Shown piece by piece: positions 1 through 9,007 of a stretch of DNA of 64,000 bases. Position numbers and translations under genes: made by a program. Positions within the stretch are counted from its first letter, which is position 1; the number at the start of each line of letters is the position of its first letter. The notes under the pieces are model-generated. The model made no database searches and was not told the origin of the DNA. It saw only the letters and a program-made list of their open reading frames with translations. This stretch comes from a virus. The stretch lies in the IMG/VR virus record IMGVR_UViG_3300044648_000427; one strand, given 5' to 3'.

Positions 1-141
1 TACTACGTTTATATCAGGTTCTTCAATAATATCAAAATTTGTATCTTCACATTCAGGACATTCACCCTCTAAATCCGAATATTGTCTATATATTTCTACT
101 GCTTTTCTCCATGCTTTGTTTATTTTTTCTTCTTTGTTCAT
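1..141 (-). CDS. small CPxC protein, truncated by window start
   Basis: Hand translation MNKEEKINKAWRKAVEIYRQYSDLEGECPECEDT...; runs off the window edge. Confidence 0.6.
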   Translation of the reverse strand, partial: MNKEEKINKAWRKAVEIYRQYSDLEGECPECEDTNFDIIEEPDINVV

Positions 142-357
142 TTAAACCCACACTCCTTTTTTATTGTTCCATTTATAACCCCATTCTTTCATAATTACTT
201 CGTTTTTATCCCAACATTTACAACTTTGATCTTCGTTATAATGGCTCATATCTAAGATGAAATGTGGACACTTACGGATAACCGAGCTATCAATTTCTTT
301 TGTCTCAATTATTTCTATTTTGCCATCCTTAATTTCTGCCGTAGAGAATTTGATCAT
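142..357 (-). CDS. hypothetical protein (Cys/His)
   Basis: ORF track; abuts neighbours in a minus-strand run. Confidence 0.6.
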   Translation of the reverse strand: MIKFSTAEIKDGKIEIIETKEIDSSVIRKCPHFILDMSHYNEDQSCKCWDKNEVIMKEWGYKWNNKKGVWV

Positions 358-542
358 TTTGACAACCTCTTCAAGTCTTTAACAACATCTTTTAAAGCAT
401 CTCTATATCCTATTGATGTTAATTCTTCATATTCTCCACCAAGCGTTTTATCATCTAAACAGTCATTTATTTCTTGTATTATATCCTTGTATTGTTGAAT
501 CAATTCTGCAAATTCAAACATAAAGCTGCTAGTCAAATTCAA
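354..542 (-). CDS. hypothetical protein
   Basis: ORF track; 4-nt overlap with next gene. Confidence 0.55.
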   Translation of the reverse strand: MNLTSSFMFEFAELIQQYKDIIQEINDCLDDKTLGGEYEELTSIGYRDALKDVVKDLKRLSK

Positions 543-879
543 ATTCTCCCCCTCTGGAATTAGTCCTCATAGATAGTTTCATAATCTCTAATAATGTATA
601 ACGTTTAACTTCTCGTAACCAGTCACGTTCAACTAATAGCTTTTTTGGTATATAATTTTGTCCTACAACTTCGTAAATATTGTCTTTATTTTTGCCTGTC
701 GTAAATTCTATCCAAGCGTGTTTAATATGTCTCTTCAATGTAGATGAATAAATCCATCCATGCACAATAAAGGCTTTTTCCTTTTCTGCTAACTTTCTGA
801 ATTTCTTTGTTAAATCCTCGTAGCTATAAGGAATACACGCACCGTTTCTGTTACCTGTAATTTGGCTTTCTAAACTCAA
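529..879 (-). CDS. hypothetical protein, possible papain/transglutaminase-like fold
   Basis: GAC...VHG...HAWIE pattern suggests a Cys-His catalytic pair (inference). Confidence 0.45.
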   Translation of the reverse strand: MSLESQITGNRNGACIPYSYEDLTKKFRKLAEKEKAFIVHGWIYSSTLKRHIKHAWIEFTTGKNKDNIYEVVGQNYIPKKLLVERDWLREVKRYTLLEIMKLSMRTNSRGGEFEFD

Positions 880-1190
880 AGCAATTTCCCCTCTTTAATA
901 AGTCGAATTATAAAGTTGTCTAGATCATGGTGTTTGAAAAATCTGTTATGTAATCGTGGTTTGGCTATACTTACAGTCTGTTTCCAACCAAGAAAGCTAT
1001 TATGTAAATCATAGTCATATCTAATCGTTACTTTATTCTTGTCTAAATCTGCACCTCTAATACTTACTATGGCATAACAATTATTACCATGTCCGTCTAC
1101 ATACGCATACCCGAATTGTTTATCTTCTCCTACACTTTCTAATAGTTCTTTACCGAATACGGTAATTGTGTTCTCAAATTCTGTTTTCAT
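876..1190 (-). CDS. hypothetical protein (leaderless start 1190; in-frame upstream ATG at 1229)
   Basis: TATA box 22 nt upstream of ATG 1190; the track extension reads through the promoter. Confidence 0.6.
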   Translation of the reverse strand: MKTEFENTITVFGKELLESVGEDKQFGYAYVDGHGNNCYAIVSIRGADLDKNKVTIRYDYDLHNSFLGWKQTVSIAKPRLHNRFFKHHDLDNFIIRLIKEGKLL

Positions 1191-1224
1191 TATGTATGTA
1201 TGTATGTATGGGTTATATATAGTT
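1191..1224 (-). promoter_or_regulatory. (ATAC)n-class promoter
   Basis: Minus strand AACTATATATAACCCATACATACATACATACATA-ATG. Confidence 0.7.
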
Positions 1225-1225
1225 T

Positions 1226-1381
1226 TCATTTTAAAAACTCCTTTATTTCTTCATATGCGTCCAATTTTCCTTTATAGTAGTCATTTAAGTCATTAACATG
1301 AGTATTCTTATCAACTTTAAAATCATACATTTTTATTCTAATTTCAATTATTTCTTCTACTTTACATCTAGCACACTTCAT
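1226..1381 (-). CDS. 51-aa CxxC micro-protein ending in a class A junction repeat
   Basis: Hand translation MKCARCKVEE...GKLDAYEEIKEFLK; ends AAGGAGTTTTTAAAATGA. Confidence 0.65.
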   Translation of the reverse strand: MKCARCKVEEIIEIRIKMYDFKVDKNTHVNDLNDYYKGKLDAYEEIKEFLK

Positions 1382-1608
1382 TTTAACTTTTCCTTCTTGA
1401 TATTTATATAATAGTTATGATGGTCAACTAAATGCTGTTTTCGATGAATACAACATTTGAATAATCGATTAACTTTTCTAATGTATGTATAGATCTTGAA
1501 GTTTTCAGTCTTGCTAATCTTGACCGTCACGAATTTACCGTTATCGATTAGTTCTTCAAATTCAAGCCCATTCTCCATAAGTCTGTATTCAAGTGAAGTT
1601 AAATTCAT
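1378..1608 (-). CDS. hypothetical protein
   Basis: ORF track; ATGA overlap. Confidence 0.55.
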   Translation of the reverse strand: MNLTSLEYRLMENGLEFEELIDNGKFVTVKISKTENFKIYTYIRKVNRLFKCCIHRKQHLVDHHNYYINIKKEKLK

Positions 1609-1836
1609 TTAAACCATTTCCTCATAACCATCTAATTCTTGTAATTCAGCTCTATATTTACCTTCATATACATAATTAGGTTTTTCATTAGATCCAATTT
1701 TATCATTATATGAATATTCAAATCCCATAGCCTTTATGTATTCCTTCATTTTTTTAATTGAAGAACAATTAAAGGTTATTATATCAATAGATTCACCTGT
1801 CCGATCACTGAATGTTACAAATTTCCAAATTGTCAA
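1609..1836 (-). CDS. hypothetical protein
   Basis: ORF track; contiguous run. Confidence 0.55.
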   Translation of the reverse strand: MTIWKFVTFSDRTGESIDIITFNCSSIKKMKEYIKAMGFEYSYNDKIGSNEKPNYVYEGKYRAELQELDGYEEMV

Positions 1837-1838
1837 AC

Positions 1839-2024
1839 TTATTCAATCTCCGTTAACTTTTGAAATTCTATAAACTTATTTAGGCTTTTAGGATTAACAC
1901 CAACAGATAGATCAGGATCACTCATTAACTTAAAATGAGTTGTCCTAATAAAGCCTTCGTCTACATATTCTGTCATCATAAGATACTTACCATCTTTAGA
2001 TTGATAAAATTTTACTTGGTTCAT
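1839..2024 (-). CDS. hypothetical protein
   Basis: ORF track; contiguous run. Confidence 0.55.
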   Translation of the reverse strand: MNQVKFYQSKDGKYLMMTEYVDEGFIRTTHFKLMSDPDLSVGVNPKSLNKFIEFQKLTEIE

Positions 2025-2278
2025 TTATGTTGCCATCCTCCATTTACCCATTTACATTCATCCTCATGATGAAATATATGTATGTCCTCATCAAAGTTGC
2101 CACAGTTATTACATGTAAAACTAATTACCATATCATCCTGTTTTTCAGCAGTTCTACCTATAGCATCTAACTTGTTGCCTTCATAATCTGTTTTATAATC
2201 ATAATAAACCAGTTCAGTAAATACCTCTGATTTTATTATGTCGTTGCTTTTGCATGAATTGCAAATTAATTGATTCAT
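2021..2278 (-). CDS. Zn-ribbon protein, paralogue of 2275..2499
   Basis: LICxxC...DYEGN...CxxC. Confidence 0.6.
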   Translation of the reverse strand: MNQLICNSCKSNDIIKSEVFTELVYYDYKTDYEGNKLDAIGRTAEKQDDMVISFTCNNCGNFDEDIHIFHHEDECKWVNGGWQHK

Positions 2279-2499
2279 TGAAATTCCTCCAATTCATCAG
2301 CTTCATACTCACATTCAATACAATAATATGTTGTATTAATATCTTCTTCTGCATGTCTGTATGAATAATCACTAATTTCTTCTATTTGATTCCCATCGTA
2401 GTCTATAGTAAAACTTCTTGAATCATAACTTGTATGTTTTACAGCTATTTTGTTTTCATCGCACATTGGACAGATTAATTTTTTAGTTGTGTTCTTCAT
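2275..2499 (-). CDS. Zn-ribbon protein
   Basis: LICxxC...DYDGN...CxxC; leaderless promoter upstream. Confidence 0.65.
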   Translation of the reverse strand: MKNTTKKLICPMCDENKIAVKHTSYDSRSFTIDYDGNQIEEISDYSYRHAEEDINTTYYCIECEYEADELEEFQ

Positions 2500-2534
2500 G
2501 TATGTATGTAGGGTATTAGGGTTATAAATAGTTA
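2500..2534 (-). promoter_or_regulatory. (ATAC)n-class promoter
   Basis: Minus strand AACTATTTATAACCCTAATACCCTACATACATAC-ATG. Confidence 0.7.
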
Positions 2535-2582
2535 ACTAACATATAAAAAAGCTTTATAAGTAATCATAAATAATATTTTTGT

Positions 2583-3074
2583 ATGGCTACATTGAATATT
2601 CCCATGAATGAAAGGGTATGTCAATTCTGTAATAACAATAAAACTCAACAATGGTATAATATTGATAATAAATCATGTTGTATGAAATGTTATAAGAATA
2701 AAAAACGAATGAGATATAAAGATAAACACATAATACTTAAAGAATGTTTTAAGACTAATGTATGTTCTAAATGTGGTAAAACGATAGGGGATCAATACAT
2801 TAATAAGAAAGGCGAAATAAAAATAATCAAACAAATACAAAGACATCATTATAAATATGATGATATTAATCCTATGAAATATTCATATGAGGTATGTGTT
2901 CCATGTCATAATTACAAAGGTAAACCTAGAATTAATCCATCTAGGATAGATAGGAAGTTAAACATTTGTCCTAAATGTAATTCAACTGATTTAATTAAGA
3001 ATGGAGTAGAACACTTAGCTCAAGAAAGGTATCAAAGATATAAATGTAAAGGATGTAAATCCAACTCTTATTGA
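2583..3074 (+). CDS. multi-Zn-finger protein with HNH-like core and C-terminal InsA-like Zn ribbon
   Basis: CSKCG...QRHH...VCVPCHN; CPKCNS.LIKNG...QRYKCKGC. Confidence 0.5.
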   Translation: MATLNIPMNERVCQFCNNNKTQQWYNIDNKSCCMKCYKNKKRMRYKDKHIILKECFKTNVCSKCGKTIGDQYINKKGEIKIIKQIQRHHYKYDDINPMKYSYEVCVPCHNYKGKPRINPSRIDRKLNICPKCNSTDLIKNGVEHLAQERYQRYKCKGCKSNSY

Positions 3075-3232
3075 CTATATTTCCACGTGGAATAGGATAT
3101 TTATATAACATTTTTTATTTTTTAGAGGCATTAAGTTAGAAATCAAAATGCTAGAAAATTTTGACAGGAAAAAACTCAAGTTTTTTAACACTATATACGG
3201 AAAAAATTATTGAAAATGTTTAAGGAATTTTC

Positions 3233-3631
3233 TTAATTTTCTTGTTGCTTTTCTTTGTGGTAATTTGGATGAATATATAAGAGATTTTTGCCCTTCGTAG
3301 TCTCAATTTTTACTAGCTGATCATCCATTAACCACATACCTCCAAACGTTCTAGTATTATATATTACTAGGGGAACTTTGATTTTTCCAGTTGAACTACC
3401 TACGTAACCTTTTATATCAGATGTTTCTTCCCAATCACGTCCAGTAAGTATATCCCCATAATAGAACCTAAGCCTTATATCGTTCTTGTGTGCATGGTCT
3501 AAAACTTGAATAACCTTATCAGGTGTTTCAAGTCTGTAGTGCAGACCAGTAATAAGGGATTTCTTATACTTTACTTCTCGGTAATCACCGTTACAAGTCT
3601 TTTCTTGATTGATAATTAATTGGTAACTCAT
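3233..3631 (-). CDS. conserved virus/plasmid-type hypothetical protein
   Basis: TPDKVIQVL...RFYYGD..TGRDW.E..D..GYVG.STG..KVPL pattern recalled from mobile-element hypotheticals. Confidence 0.55.
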   Translation of the reverse strand: MSYQLIINQEKTCNGDYREVKYKKSLITGLHYRLETPDKVIQVLDHAHKNDIRLRFYYGDILTGRDWEETSDIKGYVGSSTGKIKVPLVIYNTRTFGGMWLMDDQLVKIETTKGKNLLYIHPNYHKEKQQEN

Positions 3632-3858
3632 TTGGATTTTCGCCCTTCGAATATATGATTTTTCGCTACAAGCTCTCTGAGACTTAGTAGTACTGATTCT
3701 AACCTTTCAATATGTCCTGCAAGGTTATCTATATCGTGGTCATCTTGATCTTCGTAGTCTACATCGTTCCATTCATCCAACTCCTTATTCATTTTATCTA
3801 AGTCTTTATTCCATTCATCTATTTTTTGGCTTAAAGCCTTTTGAAGTTCTTCGCACAT
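3628..3858 (-). CDS. acidic coiled-coil protein
   Basis: ORF track; leaderless promoter upstream. Confidence 0.6.
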   Translation of the reverse strand: MCEELQKALSQKIDEWNKDLDKMNKELDEWNDVDYEDQDDHDIDNLAGHIERLESVLLSLRELVAKNHIFEGRKSK

Positions 3859-3892
3859 GTATGTATGTATGTAAGAGCTTTATATATAGTTT
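3859..3892 (-). promoter_or_regulatory. (ATAC)n-class promoter
   Basis: Minus strand AAACTATATATAAAGCTCTTACATACATACATAC-ATG. Confidence 0.7.
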
Positions 3893-3942
3893 AGGATAAG
3901 AAGAACAAATAAAATTAAAATGAGTAAACGTAATTGGTGATA

Positions 3943-3980
3943 GCGTAGCTGCGGTAATAGCGGTTGTAGCGGACTGGCGG
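3943..3980 (+). repeat. phased GCGG array, locus 1
   Basis: GCGT 3943; GCGG 3951, 3960, 3969, 3977. Confidence 0.75.
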
Positions 3981-4584
3981 AAATGTAATTATTGTAATAA
4001 TTATATAAATCAAATCAATTAATAGATATTATATATTCTATTCATCTATAATTAATATTTTCCATAAATAAAAATAATTTTTTTTGTAAATTTATTTTTC
4101 GCCCTTCCAACTTCCAAAATATTTTTTGTAGTGAATAAAAATATTTTTTCAAAAAAAAATTTTTTTTTATTTTTAAATTTTTCAAATTTTTTTTTCCTCT
4201 CAAGAATTTTTTTCTCAAGAACTTTTTTTTTCACAATATTTTAATTTTTTAAATTTTAAGCTTCAAGGCTACTCTCACAATCTTCAAGAAGATTCCTCCA
4301 GAAGATTGATAGAGAATATTGTTCTATAACATAACTACGTAACATTGTTACGTAATCTAACTATATAACAATATGTTGAATACTATAAGATAAGCTAAGT
4401 GCCAAATCATGAATAAGGAAATTAACAATTCTTATAGTATTCAACATGTAAGATATTATGTTAAATCTATATATAAATGTCTAATTTTATGTATATACAC
4501 GATTTAAATTACATAATGTCATACATATGACAATTTGTAAAGTGATCAGATACATTTATATTACCAACTAACGATCCTAATCTT

Positions 4585-4770
4585 ATGCTAAATCATGAGT
4601 TAAAACATAAAATGATCGAACAAATAAATAAAAAAAGATGGACTGGATCGAGAAGATCACAAAGTTTTGTATACCTATTAGACAATTTACAAAATTTGAA
4701 TAGTGGGATTATTTCAGCAAAAGAAATAATTCAAAATGCTGAAACAATAAGAAACGGAGAAAAAATTTAA
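4585..4770 (+). CDS. hypothetical protein
   Basis: ORF track; TATA-like element upstream. Confidence 0.5.
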   Translation: MLNHELKHKMIEQINKKRWTGSRRSQSFVYLLDNLQNLNSGIISAKEIIQNAETIRNGEKI

Positions 4771-5019
4771 ATGAACAACTTAAACGATTTAAAAAATTCG
4801 TTAGCTGACTTAAATGCAGAAATGAATTTAAATATTTTTAATTCAGATATCGATAAATCACTTTGTTCAATTTGTCGAGAAATTGGACAAACTACCGATA
4901 AAATTGTTCAATATAAAAGATGTGAAAAGCATAAAAATACACATTTTTGCAATTTGTGCCGATCACTAGTTACACATAGTTTTATCTGTATTAGTTGTTT
5001 GTCTAAGGATATGATTTAA
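4771..5019 (+). CDS. RING-like Zn-finger protein
   Basis: C-x2-C-x15-C-x2-H-x3-H-x-C-x2-C-x9-C-x2-C. Confidence 0.5.
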   Translation: MNNLNDLKNSLADLNAEMNLNIFNSDIDKSLCSICREIGQTTDKIVQYKRCEKHKNTHFCNLCRSLVTHSFICISCLSKDMI

Positions 5020-5240
5020 ATGAAAAAATTAAGTCAATTACTTAAACAACTTTACAATTTTTATAATTGTGATTGTTGTAAAAGTTTTAAAAATTGAGGT
5101 GATGATCTTTGATAGTTAAAAAAGGCAAAAAACAAAAATTCGTTTTTACTGATGAATATTTGAAATTTATTTTAGCTGATTATTAAGCTAAATTTTTTTT
5201 TAATTAGTTTGTAATAAAAATCTTTTTAAAAATATAAAAA

Positions 5241-5585
5241 TTAAATATTGATATATTTAACTTGTTGAATTGTGGTATAAATTTCTAGTTGTTTGAATCT
5301 TTCTTTAAGGTTATTTACTAATGTGCTTAAAGTCAATTCGTCTAAGTTATCAACAATTATATTTATTTGTATATTATGATCTTTGTAAATTTTACCGTTA
5401 TTTTTCCAAGCACCTTTAACGGTTGAACCTATAGAATAACCACCAAATAAGTCTAAAATTTCATTAAAGGTCTGATCAAATATTCTTTTTTGTATCTTTT
5501 GACCATCGTTAAAAGTTTTTGGTAAAAGTATCGTTAAAAGCTGTTTATTGCTTAAAAGCTGTTTTAATTCTGTTGCCATGTCCAA
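5241..5585 (-). CDS. conserved hypothetical protein (possible ferredoxin/PII-like fold)
   Basis: ILLP..FNDG...FGGYS...VKGAW..NGKIYKD...FKQLEIY pattern. Confidence 0.5.
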   Translation of the reverse strand: MDMATELKQLLSNKQLLTILLPKTFNDGQKIQKRIFDQTFNEILDLFGGYSIGSTVKGAWKNNGKIYKDHNIQINIIVDNLDELTLSTLVNNLKERFKQLEIYTTIQQVKYINI

Positions 5586-5591
5586 AAAAAA

Positions 5592-5795
5592 TTAAATGAC
5601 TGTAGTAAAATGTGATCCGATTTCTACCAGTCTAAAACCGCCTTTTCTTAATTGTCCTAATTTATGCCCATTTAGTAATTCATTAGGAATAAGTATTCCG
5701 TTAGATGTTGGGACTAAATCCGATCTACTACTTCCGATCAATTGTCTTACTGCTTCGATGTCATTATTTTTTGATATAATATTTATGCTTTGCAT
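5592..5795 (-). CDS. hypothetical protein
   Basis: ORF track; co-oriented with 5241..5585. Confidence 0.45.
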   Translation of the reverse strand: MQSINIISKNNDIEAVRQLIGSSRSDLVPTSNGILIPNELLNGHKLGQLRKGGFRLVEIGSHFTTVI

Positions 5796-5887
5796 AAGAT
5801 TTATTGATTTGTTCGTTATATAAATGTTAGGAAAAATAATGAATTAAAAATAATAACGTTTATATTACTAACTGATTAATTTATAAT

Positions 5888-6043
5888 ATGGAATCAAAAC
5901 ATTGTGAAGAATGTTTTAAGTTTGCAAATAGCTTAAAATTCTGTAATCATGAGCATGAACTTTGTTTAACATGTTGTACAATGAATAGAGAATCTAAAAA
6001 ATTCGTAGCAAAACAACTTAAGGGGATTTATTCACTATGGTGA
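5888..6043 (+). CDS. 51-aa Cys/His micro-protein (partial RING-like)
   Basis: Hand translation MESKHCEECFKFANSLKFCNHEHELCLTCCTMN... Confidence 0.5.
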   Translation: MESKHCEECFKFANSLKFCNHEHELCLTCCTMNRESKKFVAKQLKGIYSLW

Positions 6044-6197
6044 AAAGTAATTTTCTAGGATCTAATCGATTAACTCTTTTCTTAGTTGTAAGTTTATCGG
6101 TTTTAGTTACTGTATTTGTTAATGAAATAGGTTTAATCTAAACCTTTTTTTTCTTACAAATACAAAACTATATATACCTAACTAACTAAGGGATTTT

Positions 6198-6443
6198 ATG
6201 CAAAAAGAAAATTTAAGAGAAAATTTAATAAGAGAACATGAAAAAGAAAAAGCAAAAAAATCATACTATGAAAATAGAATTAAAGTATCAAAACAAATAA
6301 TAAACTCTGAAAATTTAGAATCAAGTTTAACAGAACTTGAAGAAATCGCAAAAGAAAAAATCTTAAAAAATAAATTAGAACGAAAAATCGAAAAAATAAA
6401 CAAAGAAATAAAATATTTAGAATCTAATATAATAGCTTTATAA
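6198..6443 (+). CDS. coiled-coil protein
   Basis: ORF track; TATA box about 22 nt upstream. Confidence 0.5.
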   Translation: MQKENLRENLIREHEKEKAKKSYYENRIKVSKQIINSENLESSLTELEEIAKEKILKNKLERKIEKINKEIKYLESNIIAL

Positions 6444-6447
6444 TTCC

Positions 6448-6642
6448 TTATTTTACTAAATCTCTTAATTCTTCAAGTGTATCAATTAGTTTATTGTTAT
6501 CTTCAATATGTCGTCTCAATAAATTGTATTCGGGATTACAATAAGAATATTTTTTGATTAATGGCTTTAGTTGTTCAAGTAAAGAATTAAGTTGATTGAT
6601 TGATTGTTTTGTTTCAATTACTAAATTATCTAAGTTTTTCAT
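6448..6642 (-). CDS. coiled-coil protein
   Basis: ORF track. Confidence 0.55.
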   Translation of the reverse strand: MKNLDNLVIETKQSINQLNSLLEQLKPLIKKYSYCNPEYNLLRRHIEDNNKLIDTLEELRDLVK

Positions 6643-6872
6643 TTTAAATATTCAACTTTCCATTTATAGAAATCGACTCTTGCAGAATACCCGCCAACCT
6701 TTTTTAATACATATTCTAATTCTCTTTGTTTATGAATTTTATCAATAATATAAGTATTTTCATCGTCAATTATTTTTATTAATCTTTCCTTTTCAATAGT
6801 CCAATTACTTAATATTTTTTCTCTTTTTTCTAGTGCTTTTTTTGCCTTTATTAATTCTTTTTCTATTGACAT
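6639..6872 (-). CDS. coiled-coil protein
   Basis: ORF track; TTTATATT box 22 nt upstream. Confidence 0.6.
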   Translation of the reverse strand: MSIEKELIKAKKALEKREKILSNWTIEKERLIKIIDDENTYIIDKIHKQRELEYVLKKVGGYSARVDFYKWKVEYLK

Positions 6873-6983
6873 AAGTATTGATTAAACTCATACTAATATA
6901 AACTTAATGGTTTATATAACAAACTAATTAAGATCAAACATCAATATCAATAGTTTACTAAGGAAAGTAATGAAGTAAAAAAA

Positions 6984-7187
6984 TTATTGTTTTATTAAGA
7001 AATAATAATAGTCAAGTCCTTTTTTAGTTAGCCAAAATTCGTTATTCCCTTTATACTCAAATAGTCCTAAGTCCAAAAGTTTGTTAAATTGTTCGACTTG
7101 TTGTTTAGTTTTTGGCTTAATAATGATTTTATCGTAAATATAAGCCAATTGGATTAAACCATTAATACTAAATTCCAATTTTTTCAC
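6984..7187 (-). CDS. possible winged-helix protein
   Basis: LLDLGLFEYKGNNEFWLTKKG wing-like motif. Confidence 0.4.
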   Translation of the reverse strand: MKKLEFSINGLIQLAYIYDKIIIKPKTKQQVEQFNKLLDLGLFEYKGNNEFWLTKKGLDYYYFLIKQ

Positions 7188-7359
7188 CTAATATTATAGC
7201 ATTACAATTTAAGCATTTACTACTTTCTAATCTTATTGAACCGCATTTTTGACATTTGTATCTTTGTAATTTTCCCTTTTTGACTTGAACATTAAATCCC
7301 GCTTTGACCATAAAATGATCACATTTAGGACATTTAGGTTTAAATGTTGGATTAATCAT
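7168..7359 (-). CDS. InsA-like Zn-ribbon protein
   Basis: CPKC..MVKAG...QRYKCQKCG; start moved to ATG 7359. Confidence 0.55.
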   Translation of the reverse strand: MINPTFKPKCPKCDHFMVKAGFNVQVKKGKLQRYKCQKCGSIRLESSKCLNCNAIILGEKIGI

Positions 7360-7693
7360 AATTTTCTTTCCTTTCGATTGTTGCAAAATTCGATATTTCG
7401 TAATGATTACCATCATTCATGTAATCGCAATTTGGATCGGCTATTTCGTTAGTCTCATTATTAAAAAATTCTGAACCTTTATAGATTAATACACTTTCTA
7501 GTGCGTCATTTGGGTAAACTTCAAAGAATTTAGCGATTTCACCGTATAGATTCATATATTGTTTTATTGCGTGATCTAAGTCTTTTGCTTCAATTTCAAA
7601 TTTATCACTAGTCATATATTGATCATCATGTTCATAAACATTGTAAATTTTAATCATTTTATTCACCGTAATACCTTTTTCTATGTTTTGCAC
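7352..7693 (-). CDS. acidic hypothetical protein
   Basis: ORF track; alternative start at 7657. Confidence 0.55.
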   Translation of the reverse strand: MQNIEKGITVNKMIKIYNVYEHDDQYMTSDKFEIEAKDLDHAIKQYMNLYGEIAKFFEVYPNDALESVLIYKGSEFFNNETNEIADPNCDYMNDGNHYEISNFATIERKENYD

Positions 7694-7780
7694 ATAAATT
7701 AATACCGTTATAGTTTTCTAAGCTGATCAGTTTTTCAAATGATTTATAATGAATTGATTTATAGCATACTTCGCAAGGTA

Positions 7781-8074
7781 TCATTTTAATTGATCTCCTA
7801 ATTGTTTACTAAGTAAACTATTGACTTTTGTAAAATTCTTAAATGGTATGAGTTTAAAGCTTTTACGATCAATGTTTAGGTAATCAGTTAATTGATAAAT
7901 CGCCCTAGTGCTAGAACTTGAACATTTTAAAGCTTTGATAACTTTATTGCCATTAATGTTTATTTGTGCTATTTCTGTATCATAATGAAATAATGAATAA
8001 ATGCCCTTAGAGTAATCAAATACTACATAAGCATTTTTTACCTTTACAATATCGGGTAATATTCTTAAGGTCAA
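7781..8074 (-). CDS. hypothetical protein
   Basis: ORF track; SLFHYDTEIA...SSSTRAI pattern typical of small viral genes. Confidence 0.55.
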   Translation of the reverse strand: MTLRILPDIVKVKNAYVVFDYSKGIYSLFHYDTEIAQININGNKVIKALKCSSSSTRAIYQLTDYLNIDRKSFKLIPFKNFTKVNSLLSKQLGDQLK

Positions 8075-8266
8075 TTAATTATTCCTCCTAAATTCTGAAC
8101 ATAAGAAAGAAATTTTATCCTGTATAGAATTATATTCCTGTAATAATTGTTCAGATTTTTTTCGCCTGTATTCTGTATAATCACCTAAATCGATCATTCT
8201 TTGTTCTAAAAATTCGAGTCGTTTTTCTAAGCGTGAACAAACTTTATTTAATTCTTGTTGATTCAA
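8075..8266 (-). CDS. coiled-coil protein
   Basis: ORF track. Confidence 0.55.
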   Translation of the reverse strand: MNQQELNKVCSRLEKRLEFLEQRMIDLGDYTEYRRKKSEQLLQEYNSIQDKISFLCSEFRRNN

Positions 8267-8267
8267 T

Positions 8268-8528
8268 TTAAACTTCTCCTAATCTAAAGTTAATACTTGT
8301 ATGGAAATAATAATCTCTTTTGTCTTGAAGGTCGAAAATGATTTCTCTTATTATTACTAATTGATTCTCCATTCCGTAAATGCTTTTATTGTATTCAGTA
8401 ATTATTTTTTCTTTTTTTGTTTCATCATAATATGGATTGTTTTCGTATTCTTGTTTTAATTTTCTTTCATGTTTTATATTATGAGAAAGATTTTTCTCGT
8501 ATTGTTTATAACGGTTTAGATTATTCAT
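8268..8528 (-). CDS. coiled-coil protein
   Basis: ORF track. Confidence 0.55.
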   Translation of the reverse strand: MNNLNRYKQYEKNLSHNIKHERKLKQEYENNPYYDETKKEKIITEYNKSIYGMENQLVIIREIIFDLQDKRDYYFHTSINFRLGEV

Positions 8529-8717
8529 TTAAATCAATTCTCCCATTCTTTGCACATTGAAATAGCTAATAAATAAATCAGTTAGCAATTTCTGTTTTAA
8601 TTTATTGTCAATTTGCAATTGTCGAACATTCTTTATTGTTGAACTTATGCTTAAACTTATGTTGCTTATTTCTGCTAATTGGCTTAAACCGTCAGCAGTA
8701 TTATTTCCTTTATTCAT
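8529..8717 (-). CDS. hypothetical protein
   Basis: ORF track; TATATATA upstream. Confidence 0.5.
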   Translation of the reverse strand: MNKGNNTADGLSQLAEISNISLSISSTIKNVRQLQIDNKLKQKLLTDLFISYFNVQRMGELI

Positions 8718-9007
8718 GTTAAGAGTAGATTATTCAATCGTGTATATATATGTTTAAAAGCAAAAGCTTAAATACCAGAAAAGAGTATTTGCATTAGTAA
8801 TTGAGGTCTGATATATAAGTGAGTTGGTTGGGTATGTATGTAGGTATAAGGGTAAAATGAAAAACATTAGAGCTTTAACGAATAGCGTTAACGCCTCGCC
8901 AAGATGGCTCGGCTTTTCGTTGTGCGGGGGGAAGTTATCCGTTGATGCGTGGGCTGGGATTGATGGATATTCCTATATATAAATCTTTTCCCACAGGAAA
9001 AGGTTCT

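Noticed and set aside
3081-3092. Palindrome TTCCACGTGGAA resembling an archaeal ORB core
   Set aside because: Single copy, no G-string and no cdc6 nearby; more likely an operator or chance.
4052-4234. Track ORF MKKKVLEKK...
   Set aside because: Translation of A/T homopolymer tracts with a GTG start; no coding character.
2583-7416. IS1 elements suggested by InsA-like Zn ribbons
   Set aside because: No InsB/DDE domain or terminal inverted repeats; only the Zn ribbon is shared.
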